DNA of 64,000 nucleotides, taken from positions 1-64,000 of the forward strand of contig JAYWIR010000051.1 in the NCBI GenBank assembly GCA_036172245.1, read 5' to 3'. Below the pieces are notes generated by a model. That model saw only the letters and a list, made by a program, of their open reading frames with translations, was not told the DNA's origin and searched no databases. This DNA is from Raillietiella orientalis. Taxonomy: Eukaryota. Of this stretch, positions 11,495-25,755 are shown piece by piece (positions within the stretch are counted from its first letter, which is position 1; each line of letters begins with the position of its first letter). The position numbers were made by a program, and so were the translations under genes.

Positions 11495-13622
11495 AAAGGG
11501 AGCCTTAACGATCGCAGTCGACCTCCATGAGGCAACTCCTCTTGGAGCTCCTGGGTCGCATGAACTTCCCACCCTCCCTGATTTCCTACCTGCGCTCTTC
11601 CTTGCGGAACGCGATAATCTCGATTACTTTCAGTCGTCAAAAGGTATATGGCGTGCCGGTGCGGCGGGGCATAAGGCAGGGTGGCAGCCTCAGCCCCCTG
11701 CTCTTTAGCACCTACGCCGACTTGGTGCTGACAGCGTACAGGGTGACTTTAACCCCCTTGCCGAGCTCGTTCTCCGGCACGCCAGCCGTAGCAGCGTATG
11801 CCGACGATCTTCTGCTCCTCTTACCTATGTCCATTCCGGCGAAGGCGGTCGTAGAATTCTTCGACATGCTTAGCCGTGGGACCGGATTACAGGTTGACAG
11901 GGCGAAGTCGTCGGTGGTGCCAGTTAGAGCGGCGTGGGCAGGGCAGCAGGACTGGGTCCGTCTGGGGATCCCCACGGAGAGGTGCATCAAGTACCTTGGT
12001 GTGCCGTTGGGAAACATCTCCCCTGCGGAAGCGTGGTCCAGCTGCCTCCAAAAAGTCGAGAGGGAGATCGGCCCGTTCCTGGAAGGCAACTTTCACTTGC
12101 TAGAAAGGGTCGCGGCTTGGAACTCCGTCGCGGCCCTATCCTTCGCCCCTTGCTTTTTGTTTGCCCCGCCCCCGTGGAATCTAAAAAGCAGACGAAGAAT
12201 CTCCTCCGCATAGCCCTTTCGGGCAAGGGGAGGCCCCGAGTCCCTTTCAAGGACTTGTGCGCTCCGCGTCGAGACGGCGGTCTCAGCAACCTGACGCTGG
12301 AGAGCGTGGAAATCCAGCTGCGATGGCGAATTCTCGCCATCGCAGCGAAGATGTGGAGCACCGCTTGGTGCGTTCCGACCCGCCTCCTGGACAGGCGTGT
12401 GTCCCGCTGCGAAGGACTCGCATCGTTTCTTCTGATCCCTGGCCGGAAGATTCGAATATGCGGTCTACTGCTCGGCCGCATGGCAACCCTGGCGAAGGAA
12501 AACGACTGGATGGTTCGTGGCCCCGCTAACTCCTCCGCTTGGCTGGAGAAAACTGCTGGCACCTGGGCCAAGAAGAACCAAAGGTGCGAAGACCCGATGA
12601 ACTGCCTCCGATTCGGCTTTGACGCCCGCCGAACTCTGCGTGAAATTCTTGAATTTCCATCGAGTTGCACGTGGGCGGAAGGGACACCCCTTGTTACGGC
12701 GATGCCCTTCTTCCAAAGAGCGCTTCACGAAAGCCGGAAGCCAAGGTGGAAAGTCTGCTGCCGTATCGCAGGCAGAGAGAAGATGATGCGCGGCTGGACC
12801 ATGGGAGAGTTGACAGATGCAACGACCCCTAGTTTCCAGCTGCGTGGATTAAGAAGATGGGGCGAGCTGCTCGGCATTCGATTTGATGTCCTGAAGTGGC
12901 CCCCGGTTCTACTTGGATCCAGGATTCTTCCCCTGAAGTGGCGAGAATCGGCGCTTCTGTGGCTGCATTGGGGTCTACCCTGCAACGCGCGCCGCTTCCA
13001 CTGGACTCGGGGAAGAGTAAATCCTGCGTGTGCCAGGTGTGGGGAGCGGGAGTCGCTTACCCACCTCTTAGTTGAATGCCCTGCTGTCCGGATTCTTTGG
13101 GATCGTCTTAAAACGGCACTGGGGATACCGGATGGTGGCAATGTTGGATGTGTCTACAGTCTTGTCTTCGTGCGGGACGCCCTCAGTCCAGCCGCAGCCC
13201 TGGCAGCACTTTGCTGCAATCGTGGTATCGTGGCCGCCTGGAGTGATGTCGAAGATGAAGACTGCATCGTGAGGGACGTCATCGAGTATGCTTCTTGCTT
13301 CCTGCAGAGAGCTACCCGATGGCCCCTTCTGAGAAAAATAAAAATGGAACTCGAAGGCATCCTGCAAAGGATGTGCTTTCCCAGTATTTGTCTGTGTTTC
13401 CTTCCCAGCCCTCGAAACTTCTTTTGTTGTTTGTTTTTCTCTTCTTATTTCATTTTTGTTTGCTTTCCCATCCCCTTCCACTGCCGAGGAGAGCCACACC
13501 GGGCTGCTTCCCGGTGTCCCGGCAGTTGCGGTATTGCGTGGCCGTCAGTAAGGCCTTGTACCACGTTCTGTATTGACTGTATTAATGTTTTCAATAAACG
13601 ACCCAGCGTATCCGTGTGGCAT
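11495..13622 (+). mobile_element. 5'-truncated G-like copy (RT to terminus)
   Basis: ORFs 11527-12213 (YADD) and 11934-14090 (CARCGERESLTHLLVEC); terminus AATAAACGACCCAGCGTATCCGTGTGGCAT ends 13622. Confidence 0.88.
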
Positions 13623-13631
13623 CACGAAAAG

Positions 13632-16346
13632 TCGGTGTGGGTGGACGTGTTTCTTGGTCGCTCCACCAGCGCTTGTCTGGGAAGCAACCGCAGTTTGTGC
13701 AGTTTGGTGTCAAGTGTGGGTCGTAGGTGTCCAATGGCAGCCGTGCCGGAGGACACCGCGATGGATGTAGTCGTAAGGGAGGCAAGTCCTCTCACACAAC
13801 CTACAGCAATGGGGGCAACAGTCCCTGGACCGTCCTTTCAGCCGGCGAAGACTTTTAGCGAAATGATCGCCGCCCCCAGTGCGGAGGCCTTGGCGGAGGA
13901 ATCCGCCTATCGGGCCTGTGAATACAAGCCATCGCTTGTATACAAGGTAGGCCTTTGGTTGAGGAAAACACGGCGCACTCTTTCAGCAGAGCGCTTCAAA
14001 ATGCTAATGTCCGTGAGAAAGATCTGGAAGGTCTGTGCATGCTCAGCGGGGCGCAGCGCGTTGAGCTGGTGTGCAAGAGCATCAGCCTAGCCGATCGCCT
14101 GATAAATACCTCGCTGATCATGGACTGCTGTAAGATCTTCCCGGTGTCAATGGACCACTCGGTAGTTGTCCACTTGACAGGGATATCTAAGCGCACGACG
14201 CTCACTGCCGTCAAAGAAGAATTAAGTAAGTACGGGGACGTACACGCGCTGTGGCCGAAGCCCACAATATTTGAAGGCTACGGACGTCACTTCGGGGGCC
14301 TCGCCGCGGGACGTGTAACCTCAATAGACGAAGCGAAGGTTCCCCACAAACATGAGGTCGCGGGAGAACCGGTAGACCTCTGGTATGCGGGCAAGCCACG
14401 CTATTGCGGCTACTGCGATGCGGTCGGACACATCAGAAAGAGGTGTCCAATCATCGTATGCTACTTGTGCGGGGAGAAGAAACACGTCTTTCGTGTGTGC
14501 CCTAAATGCCCCACCCCGATTCCTTTGGCCGCCAAAAAGGCGCATGGGAAACGCGCGGGGAAAGAAAAATTGGAAAACCGGGTAATTGGACGAGAAAAGC
14601 TGCCAATAACCCAAGCTCCAAGCGCGACGTCAGAGAAAAATCTTCCCAAAACCGCAGAGGGAGAACAGGGCTGGCAGCTAGTCGAAGCAGAAAAAAAGAA
14701 AAAGGACAAGCATGTCCCGAAGAAAGGAGAGAAGGCGGCGGCCGGAACAAAAGCTCAATCCGTGTCGCGCGTAAAAACTCTCCGAGAATGCACGGTTACG
14801 CTGGAGCGCATTGACGTTCCCGCCGACACCACCGGAGGCCATACGGCTTCGATCGATTTTCCCGCCGCGACGAATGCGCGCAAAAAGAGTGTTAGCCGGG
14901 CAACAAACTCGCCGAAACCGAGGACGCAGACTTCGAGAAGGCCGCGGAGGAGCTTGCGGCAACGCTTGCCGAACGCGGGAACCCCTCGCGGAAGAGGCTG
15001 CTTAGACCGGCAGCAGCTAAAATGGCCCCCGCAGGTGAGTCGGAACGGGAGGCCGGAAGTGCATCCTCCTCTGCGGAAGCACCACCAAGAAAAGCAGGAC
15101 GAAAATCCCAGAAACCCCGAAGGTGCATTTTGCTTCCGCTCGAGGGGGATGCAATGGACGAGGAACCAGTGGATGGCAGCGTTGGAGCCCAAGTCGGGCA
15201 TCACCCACGGGCGGAAGCCGACGAGGAGGCGACTTCAATGGAGGGGGGTACTTAGGGGTCAGCAATGCCCCCTGAAACCGCCGTACCTGAATCACCCGCA
15301 CCAATGGATGTGGGCCAACAGGTACGAACAACACCCCCTTCGCACGAGCAGCCGGAGACGTTGGCACGTAAGAAGGATGGGGAGCTGGTGGGCAATACGC
15401 CAACCCCGTCCAGCGATCCGCCCAAAAAGGTGGCGGGAGCCCCACCGCCAAATCCCCAGGAATAACCCCTGGACTCGCCTGTCTCCATCGGATCCGCGCG
15501 GACAGTTGGAATGTCAACCCGCTGCGCGACGACGGAAACAGACGGGACACAGCCGCCACCTTGCGAGATTTCGACCTGGTGCTTTTGCAGGAAATCCACG
15601 TGATCACCGCAAAAGACGCCCAGGAGATCGAAACGATCGCGGGGGGCAATTGTACTGGCGATGCGGCGCCCGCAACACCTGTGAGGTCGCGTTCTTTCTA
15701 AAGCCAGCCATTAACGCGGCCGTGAAGGGAGTGCGCTTTGGGGACGACGGACGGATCGGCCAACTGACCCTCAGATGGTCCGATTGGATCGACCTCATCG
15801 TCACCAATGTGTGCGCTTCTAGCGGTAAACAAGGGTACCAGCAGCGCAACGTGTTACTGGAAACCATGAAGCGCGAATGGCTGGTGGACACGGACGTGCG
15901 AAAGACGCTACTGATAGCAGGGGATTTCAACGTCCGCCTGCTCTCAGATCAGCCCGGAGCACAGGGGAACGCGATCAACGAGTTGTGCGCCGCCATGCGC
16001 GCGCGCAATTTGTTGACAGAAATACAGGGGATGGTCAGCAGCGTGGACCACGTCTTCCTCGACGAAGACCTGTGCAGACGGGTCGAAAAACGAGGGACAC
16101 TTGGATAGACGCCGTCGGACCATACCCGGTTATTATTCGCGTTGCGTCCGCGCGACAAGGGACCGCCATCCAGGGATTGGCGTATGCCAGGGGACTGGAA
16201 GCGCCTCTCAGGAGCGAAAGAACATCTCCGCGAATTCCTGCGACGCGTCACCCTCCAGAATCTCGCGCATTAGGACCTATTCAAGGACTCGGTCCGGGAG
16301 TAATGCGAGCAGTTCCCTATGCAACGTCTGTGACGGGGATTCGGCG
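13632..16346 (+). mobile_element. Family G 5' half: ORF1 (ATG 13734, stop 15465, frameshifted) and APE, cut at GFG
   Basis: 5' motif at 13644; CGYCDAVGHIRKRC; GDFN and VDHVF; ends GGATTCGGCG. Confidence 0.88.
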
Positions 16347-19330
16347 TTATCACCCGGGTACGCCCGGGGCGTTTATTTGAAAACTCTACATGCGTGGTAC
16401 CAGGCCCCACCACGGCCGTAAACACAGGACCTGTCGAAACACCGGGACCCAGCCCAGCGTGGCACTTTCCGACAGCGAGGGGGGATGCGGATAAAACAAA
16501 AAGAAAAATAAAAAAGAAACAAACAAAAAGAAGTTGGAGGGCAGGGAAGAAATCACTGGTCGCTCTTGTGGAGGGCCCATCCGTCGAACGAAGCCCTCGA
16601 GGTCTGTCTGCATATTCCCCAGTTGGGGCCATCCGGCAGCTCTCCGCAAGCAGTGTTGGGCGTACGGGATCACATCCCTTGCCTGTGGACCCACTCTTTC
16701 GTTGTTGGAGTCGCTCCATGCCGCCACGATGCCACGGACACAGCACAAGGCTGCGATGGCTGCGGCTGGCTGCAGTGCGTCCTTCACGAAGAGGGACCGA
16801 AGAACGTCTCTGGGGGTGCTGCCCGTAGGGAGCCCGTTCCTAAAGGGGTCGGAGGGCAGCACAATCCACAATAAGGTGGGGGAGCGAATCCCACTCCCCG
16901 CACCTGGCACACGCAGGATCCACAGCTCCCCTAGTCCAGTGGAAGCGTCGCGCGTCGCAGAATAGACCCCAGTGCAACAGGAGCAACGCCGACCCTTGCC
17001 ACTTAAGAGGCAGGATCCTGGATTCATTCATCACCGAGGGCCACTTCAGCTCATCCCTGGGGATGGCGAGCAGCTCGCCCCATCTTACTAACACTCGCGC
17101 CTGGACGCTCGGGGTCGTGGCGTCGGCCAGTTGTCCAGCCGCTAATAAACTTCTCGCGTCCCTCGATGCAGCAGGAGACTTGCCACCTTGGCGTCCGGCT
17201 GCTGTGAAGTGCCCTCCTCAGGAAGGGAAGCGCCGTAGCTAAGCAGGTCGTCTCTGCCCACGTGCATATTGCTGGACTCTCCAGGAGATTCCGCAGCGTG
17301 CAGCGGACGTAGGGGCTGCATCGGAGACGATTCCACGTTTCGTGGCTACTCTGGTTAATCGCTGCCCACGTTCCAATATTCTCCTACAGCCAGGCAGGGG
17401 AGTTGGCGGGGCAGCAAACGATCCAGCTGTTCTCCTTGGCCAATGTTGCCATGGGCCCGAGCAGTAGGCCGCATCTTCGCATCTTCCGGCCACGGCTCAG
17501 AAGAAAAGAAGCGAGTCCATCGCACCGGGACACACGGCTGGCCAGGAGGCGGGCCGGAGTGCACCAAGGGGTTCTCCACGTCTTCGCTGCGATGGCGAGG
17601 GTTCGCCACCGCAGCTGCTTCTCCACGCGCTCCAGCGTCAGGAGGCCAAGACCGCCGTCCCGACGCGGAGCGCACAAGTCCTTCAGAAGGACTCGGGGCC
17701 TCCCCTTGCCCCAAAGAACGATACGGAGGAGGTGATTTTTCCTCTCCTTCGATTCCACGGTGGGAAGGCAAACAAAAAGCATGGGGCGGAGGATGGGGGC
17801 CGCGAAGGCGTTCCAAACCGCGGCCCGTTCCGGCAAGTGAAACCTGCCTTCCAGGAACGGGCCGATCGCCGTCTCGACTTTTTGGAGGCAGCTGGACCAC
17901 GCTTCCGAATGGGAGTAGTCCCCCAACGGCACATCAAGGTACTTGAAGTACCTCGCCGTGGGGATTCCCAGATGGACCCAGTCCTGCTGCCCTGCCCACG
18001 CCGCACCTATTGGCACAACCGACGACTTCGCCCTGTTAACCTGCAGTCCGATCCCGCGGCTGAGCATATCGAAGCAGTCTCCGACCGCCTTCGCCGGGAT
18101 GGACATAGGTAACATGAGCGGAAGATCGTCGGCATAAAAACTTACGGCGGGCGTGCCGGGGAACGAGCTCGCCAAGGGGGCCAAAGTCACCCTGTACGCT
18201 CTCAGCACGAAGACGGCGTAGGTGCTAAAGAGCAGGGGGCTGAGGCTATCTCCCTGTTTTATGCCTCGCCGCACCAGCACGCCATACACCTTGTGACCGC
18301 TGAAAGAGACGGTAATCATCGCATACCGCCAGCAGGAGCGCAGGTAGGAAATGAGGGAGGGTGGGAAGCCCATGCAACCCAGGAGCTCCAAGAGTATTTC
18401 CTGGTCTACACAGTCGAACGCCTTGTGGAGAACGACTGCGAGCGCTAGGGCCGCCTTCCCCTCCCGAAAGTCCCTTCCCAGCCAGGCTGGCGACCCCAAT
18501 GTAGGGTTGCCGACTTTCCCTCTCCTTTTCTTCTCTCTTCTCTGCAGGTGCACCCATGTGCTTGCGAAGAAGAGGTTGGCATCCATACTTCGCCCGGGAA
18601 CAGCATAAGTCTGTTCCGGGCTAATTACGGATTTTGCCAGCTGCCCCAGACGCAAAGTCCATAGCCCTGCTATCAACTTGGCGTCCGTATTCACGATCGT
18701 GATCGGACACCAGTTCTTTAAATCCCTGAGGTCTTCCCCTTTCGGAAGCAGCCTCACTCTGGCTGACCGAAACAAAACGGAAACATCGCCTCCGTCTCGG
18801 ATCAGCCTGATCAACTTGAGCAACAGGGGAGCCAGCTCTTCCTCGAAGCTCTGGAAGAACTCCGCGGGCAAGCCGTCTTCCCCTGGAGCTTTACGCCTCT
18901 TGAGCCTTTTGATACCGGAGAGAATTTCGCCGGTGATAAAAGGCTCATCGAGGCTTTCCATCTCCTCCTCCCCTATTGCCGGGGCGCCATCCGGAAGCAA
19001 GCGCCGAGAGGCTTCTTGATCCGAAGGCTCCCTGGCGTAAAGGAAGGAATAAAAACTCCGCACGAGATGCCGTACCGACGCCGGGGACGAACATTCCCGG
19101 CCTGGTCGTCCAGCAAGCTGGCCGACCCGGATTGCCAGGCTTGGCAATACGGCGCGGTACTCGACCAGGCTACGGACATTAGAGTTTCTCTCGTACCTAC
19201 GAGCCTGTAAATAGGCCCGATAATTGCGAGGACCCTCGCCGAATCCTGGTTGAAGGCAGTCCAGGGGGAACTGCTCGTAGAACTCCCGGACCGAGGCCTT
19301 AAGAAGGTCCCAATCCGAGAGATTCTGGAG
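16347..19330 (-). mobile_element. Family G 3' two-thirds (end of APE to terminus)
   Basis: ORF 17384-19147 (587 aa with full RT motifs); terminus hairpin at 16347-16377. Confidence 0.9.
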
Positions 19331-21941
19331 CGGCGAGCGGACGTGTCTTTTCGTTGCTCCTCAGTTTCATTTCCGTTGGTGCTTGTGCGTGGTGTTTGTG
19401 GAGGATTAGGCAGCAATGTCTGATACCACCACCGGTGAGGATCCGGGGGCGATGACCTCATTGCCCCCCGGAGGATATGGAGGTGGGGGCTCCCGCATCA
19501 GTGGAGGCTCCCGCCAGCACGGATGCGCCCTCGGCCCTACCCATGGCTTTGAACGCCGTGAAAGCGGCACCTACGTCAGCGGCTATGGCGGAAATGCGCG
19601 CTTACCTGGAGGAGGGGTATAACCCACCCCTTCTATATAAGGTAGGCGGTTTATATTCTCCCGAGAACGCGCGCCCCTCCTCGCAGGCGATGCGCGTTCT
19701 CGGTGTACAAAAAGAGGAGCTTCTGGCTATGTCCGTCAGAAGCGGGGGTCAATTTGTGGAAGTTATCTGCAAGAAGGCAACTCTTGCTCAGAGACTTCTG
19801 CGAACCCCCGTAATTATGGGCAGCCGGAGGCTTCTTCCAATTACTGAAGACCGGTCGGTGATTATTCACCTGACCGGTATCACGTTCCGGATGACGAAGG
19901 AGGCCGTCCGGAACGAATTAGAAAACTTTGCAACTGTCCACGCGCTGTGGGGTAAGCCTACTCCTTTTCTTGATTACGACGGGGTGCTTGGCGGCCTGGG
20001 TGCAGCGCGAGTGACGGTTCGCGAAGGATGAGAGTTTCCCCACAAACTCACTGTCAACGGTGAATCCGTTGACGTGTGGTACGTGGGTAAACCCAAGTTT
20101 TGCGGCTGTTGCAGCAGCTTTGGTCACCTTAAAATGAGGTGTCCGAGCGTGCAGTGCCAGCACTGCAAACAAGCGGGGCACATCCGTCTGGTATGCCCCC
20201 AAAACACAGTCCGCGTCGTGTCCGCGAAAAACGCGAGAAAGCGCGCGGCTAAAAAGAGGAAAAAACTGGCGGCTCGTGCTGCTGCTAAGGAGGTCACTTC
20301 CGCCACCAAGGAGAAGGCCAGCCCCGAGACCTTGGCGAAAAACGCGGAAAAGGTCGAGGGCGAGGGTCAAGAGCCAGGGTGGCAAAAGGTCGACCCCAAG
20401 AAAAACTCCCCTAAGAAGGGAAAGAACGTGGCGAAACGGAGCGAAACCGCTCCGCGCCGCGAAAAAACCAAAGCTGCTGCGTCATCGTAGAGCAGATTCC
20501 CGCCATCGACGAATGCGGCGCTAAAGAACTCGCTGCTGCCCCTGCACAACCCTCCGTTGACAAAGTCAACAAGGAGGGGAGCGAGGCGGCGGCGTCCGTC
20601 ATCGAGCCCACGCTCGATGACGTCGCCTTCGAGCGCGCCGCGGAGGAACTGGCTGCCTCGTTGCAGCCGGCCGCCCCCAAGGCTGGCAAGAAGGCTGTCA
20701 GGCGTCCGGCTTCCCCTCAGGAGTCGGCCACTTCCGACCTCGAGGTGAAAGCCGGAAACACAGCATCCATCTCCTCGGCACCCCGCAAAAAGGCAGGACG
20801 AAAGTCCACAATGCCCCGGAAGATCGTCTCCCCCGACGAAGGGGAAGAGATGGCTTCCGGCTGCGAGGGTGCGATAAGCGTGGGAAACTCACGGGACCCG
20901 TCTCCCGAGACAATCCCACGCTCCGGCACGGAGGGGATGGAGGTGGTGGAGGCCGAACAGGTGCCTTTGGTGCCTGAAGAGGCCTGCGTCCCCATGGACA
21001 TTCCGAACACCTGCCCCGCGGCAGGTGGTGCAGCGCCACCTTCCCAGCAATAAAGCCGGGAATCGCCTCCCGTCGACGTCTGCTGATCGCCTGCTGCAAC
21101 GTCAACGGGCTAAGCAACGACGGCAAGAGGCGTGACGTGGCCGCCACCCTGGCATCCTTCGATCTGGTGCTGCTGCAGGAGATCCACGTGATCTCCGCAG
21201 ATCAAGCCGTGGAGATCGAAGGGATCTCGGGTGTTCGGCTGCTGTGGCGCTGCGGTACCGCGAAATCTAGCGGTGTCGCCTTCCTGCTCCGATTAGCCAT
21301 GGAGGCCGCAATAAAGGACGTACGGTTTGATGACGCCGGTCGCGTCGGCCAGCTGACTCTCAGCTGGTCCGACTCAATCGACCTGGTCGTCACCAACCTG
21401 TACGCTCCTAGCGGTAAGGACGCGTTGAGAGCGAAGGCAAGAAGAGAATTCTACCTTGCCCTCGGACGCGATTGGCTGATCGAAGCAAGTGTTCGCAAAG
21501 CGCACCTGATCGCAGGTGACTTCGACCTGCGCCTGCTTTCAGGTGCGCCGGATACACTGAACGACCGCGTCAACGAGTTGTGCGCAGAAATGAACACGCG
21601 CTACTTGTTGCCCGGGGACACGGCCATGGAAAGCAGCATCGATCACGTGTACCATGATCAGCACCTATGCTCTCGGGTGGGCAGGCGCGGCAAGGTACCA
21701 TCCGAGCTGTCGGACCATGGTCGGATCATGTTCGAAGTTCGTCCGCGCGACAAGGGCCCCTCCTCGTCAGCGTGGCGTCTGCCAGGGGACTGGCTGAAGG
21801 TCCCGGACGCGGCGGAACATCTCTGCGCGTTCATTCGGAACTTCAGGATGCGGACGCTTCAGGACTGGGACCGCTTCAAGGAGTCGGTCCAGGAGTTCTG
21901 CGACCGGTTCCCTTTTCATCGCCTCCCTCCGGGATTTGGGG
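19331..21941 (+). mobile_element. 5' half (ORF1 + APE) of a K-related copy, interrupted at GFG; continues at 27623
   Basis: ORFs 19477-20031, 20074-20490 (CGCCSSFGHLKMRC, CQHCKQAGHIRLVC), 20661-21053, 21137-22120 (APE to PPGFG). Confidence 0.9.
21931..21941 (+). repeat. Target-site duplication, left copy (GGGATTTGGGG); right copy GGGAGTTGGGG at 27623-27633
   Basis: 10/11 identity; the host reading frame resumes GEGPRNER after the right copy, as in the uninterrupted site near 55033. Confidence 0.75.
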
Positions 21942-22158
21942 TTTTCACCCGGGTACGGCCGGAACGTTTATTGAAAAAACTCTGCATAAACCTGGTACGA
22001 GGCCCCACTAACGGCTACACAACACCGTACCTGCCGGGACGTCGGGACGCAGCCCGGCGTGACCCTCCTCGGCAGTGGAGGGGGATAAGGATCAAAACAA
22101 AAAGAAAAATAAAGATATGAAAAGAAAAACAAAAAGAGTTTGGAGGGAGGGGAAGGGA

Positions 22159-25100
22159 TCACCATCCACTGGGAGGAGGGCCCATCCTTCGCAGGATTCC
22201 CTCCAGGTCCATTTTCATGCTTCAAAGATGAGGCCATCTCGCAGCTCTCCGCATGAAGCAGACCGCACACGGGATGACATCCCTCGCGTTGGCATCCACT
22301 CCTTCGTCGCGAATGTCGCTCCAGGCCGCCACGATGCCCCGGATGCAGCAGAGGGCTGCGAGGGCTGCGGCGGGCTGCAAGGCGTCCCGCACGAAGAGGG
22401 GCCGAAGAACGTCTCTGGGCGCGCTGCCCATTGGGAGCCCGAGGGTCGTCCCGAACCGTTCCCACAGGGGTCGGGGGGCAGCACAGTCAACAAGTAGGTG
22501 GGGGAGCAATTCCCGCTCCCCACACCTGGCACACTCAGGCCTTACACTTCCCCGCGTCCAGTGGAAGCGGCGCGCGTTGCAGGGTAGACCCCAGTGCAAC
22601 AGTAGCAGCGCCGACTCTTGCCACTTAAGGGGGAGAAGCCTGGATCCGATTAATATTGGGGGCCACTTCAGGTCATCCGTCGGGATGCCGAGCAGCTCGC
22701 CCCATCTACGAAGTCCACGAGGGAGGGCAATCGGGATTATGGCATCTGCCAGTTCTCCCATGGTCCAACCGCTCATCTTCTTTTCCTTGCCTGCGATTCG
22801 GCAGGAGACTTGCCACTTTGGCTTGCGGCCGCTGGTTAAAGCCCTTCGTAGGAAAGGCAGGGTCGAAGCTAGAGGGGTAGTCTCCGCCCACGTGCTCCTG
22901 GCGGGACACTCCATAGTAGTCCGCAGTGTGCAGCAGGCGTTGGGGCCGAATCGCAGGCGGTTCCAGTCTGGGGAAGTCTGGAGGTTCAGCTTGGCCCACG
23001 TCGCAACGGATTCCTCCAGTCAGGCGGAGGAGTTGGCGGGGCTGCATACCGTCCAGCCGTTGTCTCTGACCAGGGCTTCCATGCGCCCAAGAAGAAGGCC
23101 GCATCTTCTCACCTTCCTGGCGGAGCACAGAAGGTACGACGCGAGTCCTTGCGTCCTGGACACACGGCAGGCGAGGATTCGGGCCGTAGCGCACCAAAGG
23201 GTGCTCCATGACTTTGCTGCGATGGCGAGGGTGCGCCGTTGCAGCTGTATTTCCAGGCGCTCCAGCGTCAGGAGGCCGAGACCGCCGTGCCGACGAGGAG
23301 CGCATAAATCATCCAGAGGCACACGTGGCCTCCCGCTGCCCCAGAGGGCGATGCGGAGTAGGTCTTTTGTCTTCTTTTTAATGTCACCGGGGACGGGGCA
23401 CACAAAAAGCAGGGGGCGGAGGATGGGAGCCGCGAAGGCGTTCCACACCGCTGTCCGTTCCGGCAGAAGGAACTTGCCTTCCAGCAACGGGCCGATTGCC
23501 AACTCTACCTTCTGGAGACGACCTGACCAGGCTTCTGCGAGGCAGAAGTCCCCCAACGGGACACCCAGGTACTTCAGGTACCTGGCCGTGGGGATCCCCA
23601 AGCGGATCCAGTCAGGCCGTCCGACCCACGTCGCACCCACCGGTACGACCGAAGACTTCTCCTTGTTTACCCGCAGTCCAGTCCCACGACTTAGCAGGTC
23701 GAAGAAATCCTCGACTGCGGCTGCCGGGGCGGACATGGGCAACATGAGCAGAAGATCGTCGGCGTATGCTGCAACGGCGGGCGTGCCGGGGCACGAGCTG
23801 GCCAGAGCAGCCAAAGTCACCCTGTACGCTCTCAGCACCAACTCAAAGTAGGTGCTGAAGAGCAGGGGACTGAGGCTATCGCCCTGCCGTATGCTTCGCC
23901 GCACCGGCACGCCGTACACCTGTTGGCTGGAAAAGACGATGTTGACAATGGCATTGCGCCAGTATGAGCGCAGGTAGGGGAGAAGGGAGGGTGGGAAGCC
24001 CATGCGACCCAGGAGCTCCAGCAGTAGCTCCTGGTCTACGCAGTCGAACGCCTTATGGAGATCGACCGCGATCGCTAGGGCCCCCTTCCCAGCCCAGGTG
24101 TCCATTCCCAGCCCAGCTGGCGGCCCCAAAGTGGGCTTGCCAATCTTTCCGCCAGTTTCATTCAGGCAGCGCTGCACATGGAACCATGTGCTCGCGAAGA
24201 ACAGGTTGGCATCCATACTTCGCCCGGGAACAGCGTACGTCTGCTCCGGGCTAATTATGGATTCTGCCACCTGTCCTACACGCGAAGCCCACAGTCCAGC
24301 GATCAGCTTGGCGTCCGTATTCACGATTGTGATCGGACGCCAATTGCCCAAGGATCTCAGGTCTCCTCCCTTCGGGAGGAGCCTCACACGGGCTGACCGA
24401 AACGAGGCGGGAACGTCGCCTTCGTCTCGGATCAGCCCGGTCAACTGAAGCACCAGGGGTGCCAGCTCTGCCGCGAAACATTGAAACAATTCCGCAGGCA
24501 GGCCGTCCTCCCCTGGCGCCTTTCGCCTCTTGAGCCTTTTAATACCGGCGAGAATTTCATTGGTAGAAAAAGGCTCGTCGAGGCTTTCCATCTCCTCCTC
24601 CCCTATTGCCGGGGCTCAATCCGGGAGCAGGAACCGCGAGGCGTTCCGCTCTGGGGTTGCCCTAGCGTAGAGGGAGGAGTAATAACGTCGCACGAGGTGC
24701 CTGATCGCGGGTGGGGCGGATCGCTCCCGGCCCTGGTCGTCCAGCAAGCTGGCCGACCAGGATTGTCAGGCTTGGCGTTCGGCCCCGGCTCGATATTCCG
24801 CGAGGCGACGGACATTCGGGGTCCTCTCGTACCGGCGGGCCTATAGATAAGCCCGATGGTTCCGAGCCCCCTCCCCGAATCCGGGGGGCAGGCGGTGCAG
24901 GGGAGAGCCCTCGCAGAGCTCGCGGACCAAGGCCTTGAAGAGGTTTCAGTCTTGGAGACTGCGGAGGGTGACGCCTCTCAGGAATTCGCGAAGGTGTTCT
25001 TTCTCATCTGAGAGCCGCGTCCAGTCCCCAGGCAGACGCCACGCCCTGGACGGGGGTCCTTTGTCGCGCTCGCAAACCTCGGCGATGATCCTGGAATGGT

Positions 25101-25755
25101 CCGACAGCGTCGACGCTACTTTGCCCCGTTTTCCGACCCGCGAGCACAGGTCGACATCCAGGAAGAAGTGGTCGATGCTGCGGTCCATTCCCTCCGCGTC
25201 TGCCAACAAGTTGCGCGTGCGCATGGCAGCGCACAACTCGTTGGCCGTGCGTTCTTGTGCTTCGGGCTCACCTGACAGCAGACGGAGATTGTAGTCTCCA
25301 GCTATCAGGTGTGCCTTCCGCACATTCGTGTCGGCCAGCCAATCGCGCTTCAGGGTTTCCAGCAGCCTGCTACGGTCGCTGTATCCCCCTTTTCCGCTCG
25401 GGGCGTGCACGTTCGTGACGATCAATTCGATCGAGTCGGACCAGCTGAGAATCAGCTGACCGACCCGACCGTCGTCATCAAAGCGTACGCCCTTCACGGC
25501 AGCGTCGATGGCCGGCTTGACGAAGAACGCGACCCCGCAGGTGTTGCGGGCGCCGCATCGCCAATACAGTCGACCCCTTGCGATCGCCTCAATCTCCTGG
25601 ACGTCTGCCGAGGTGATCACGTGGATCTCCTGCAGCAGGGCCAGGTCGAAGTCACGCAGGGTGTCGGCCGTATCTCGTCTGTTGCCTTCGTCGCGCAGCC
25701 CGTTGACGTTCCAACTGGCCACGCGGATTCGACGGCGACAGGCGAGCCCAGGTGT
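22159..25755 (-). pseudogene. ORF2 (APE-RT-zinc finger) with several stops and frameshifts
   Basis: Pieces 24946-25722, 23020-24591 and 22222-22914 are colinear with ORF2 at 54161-57748. Confidence 0.88.
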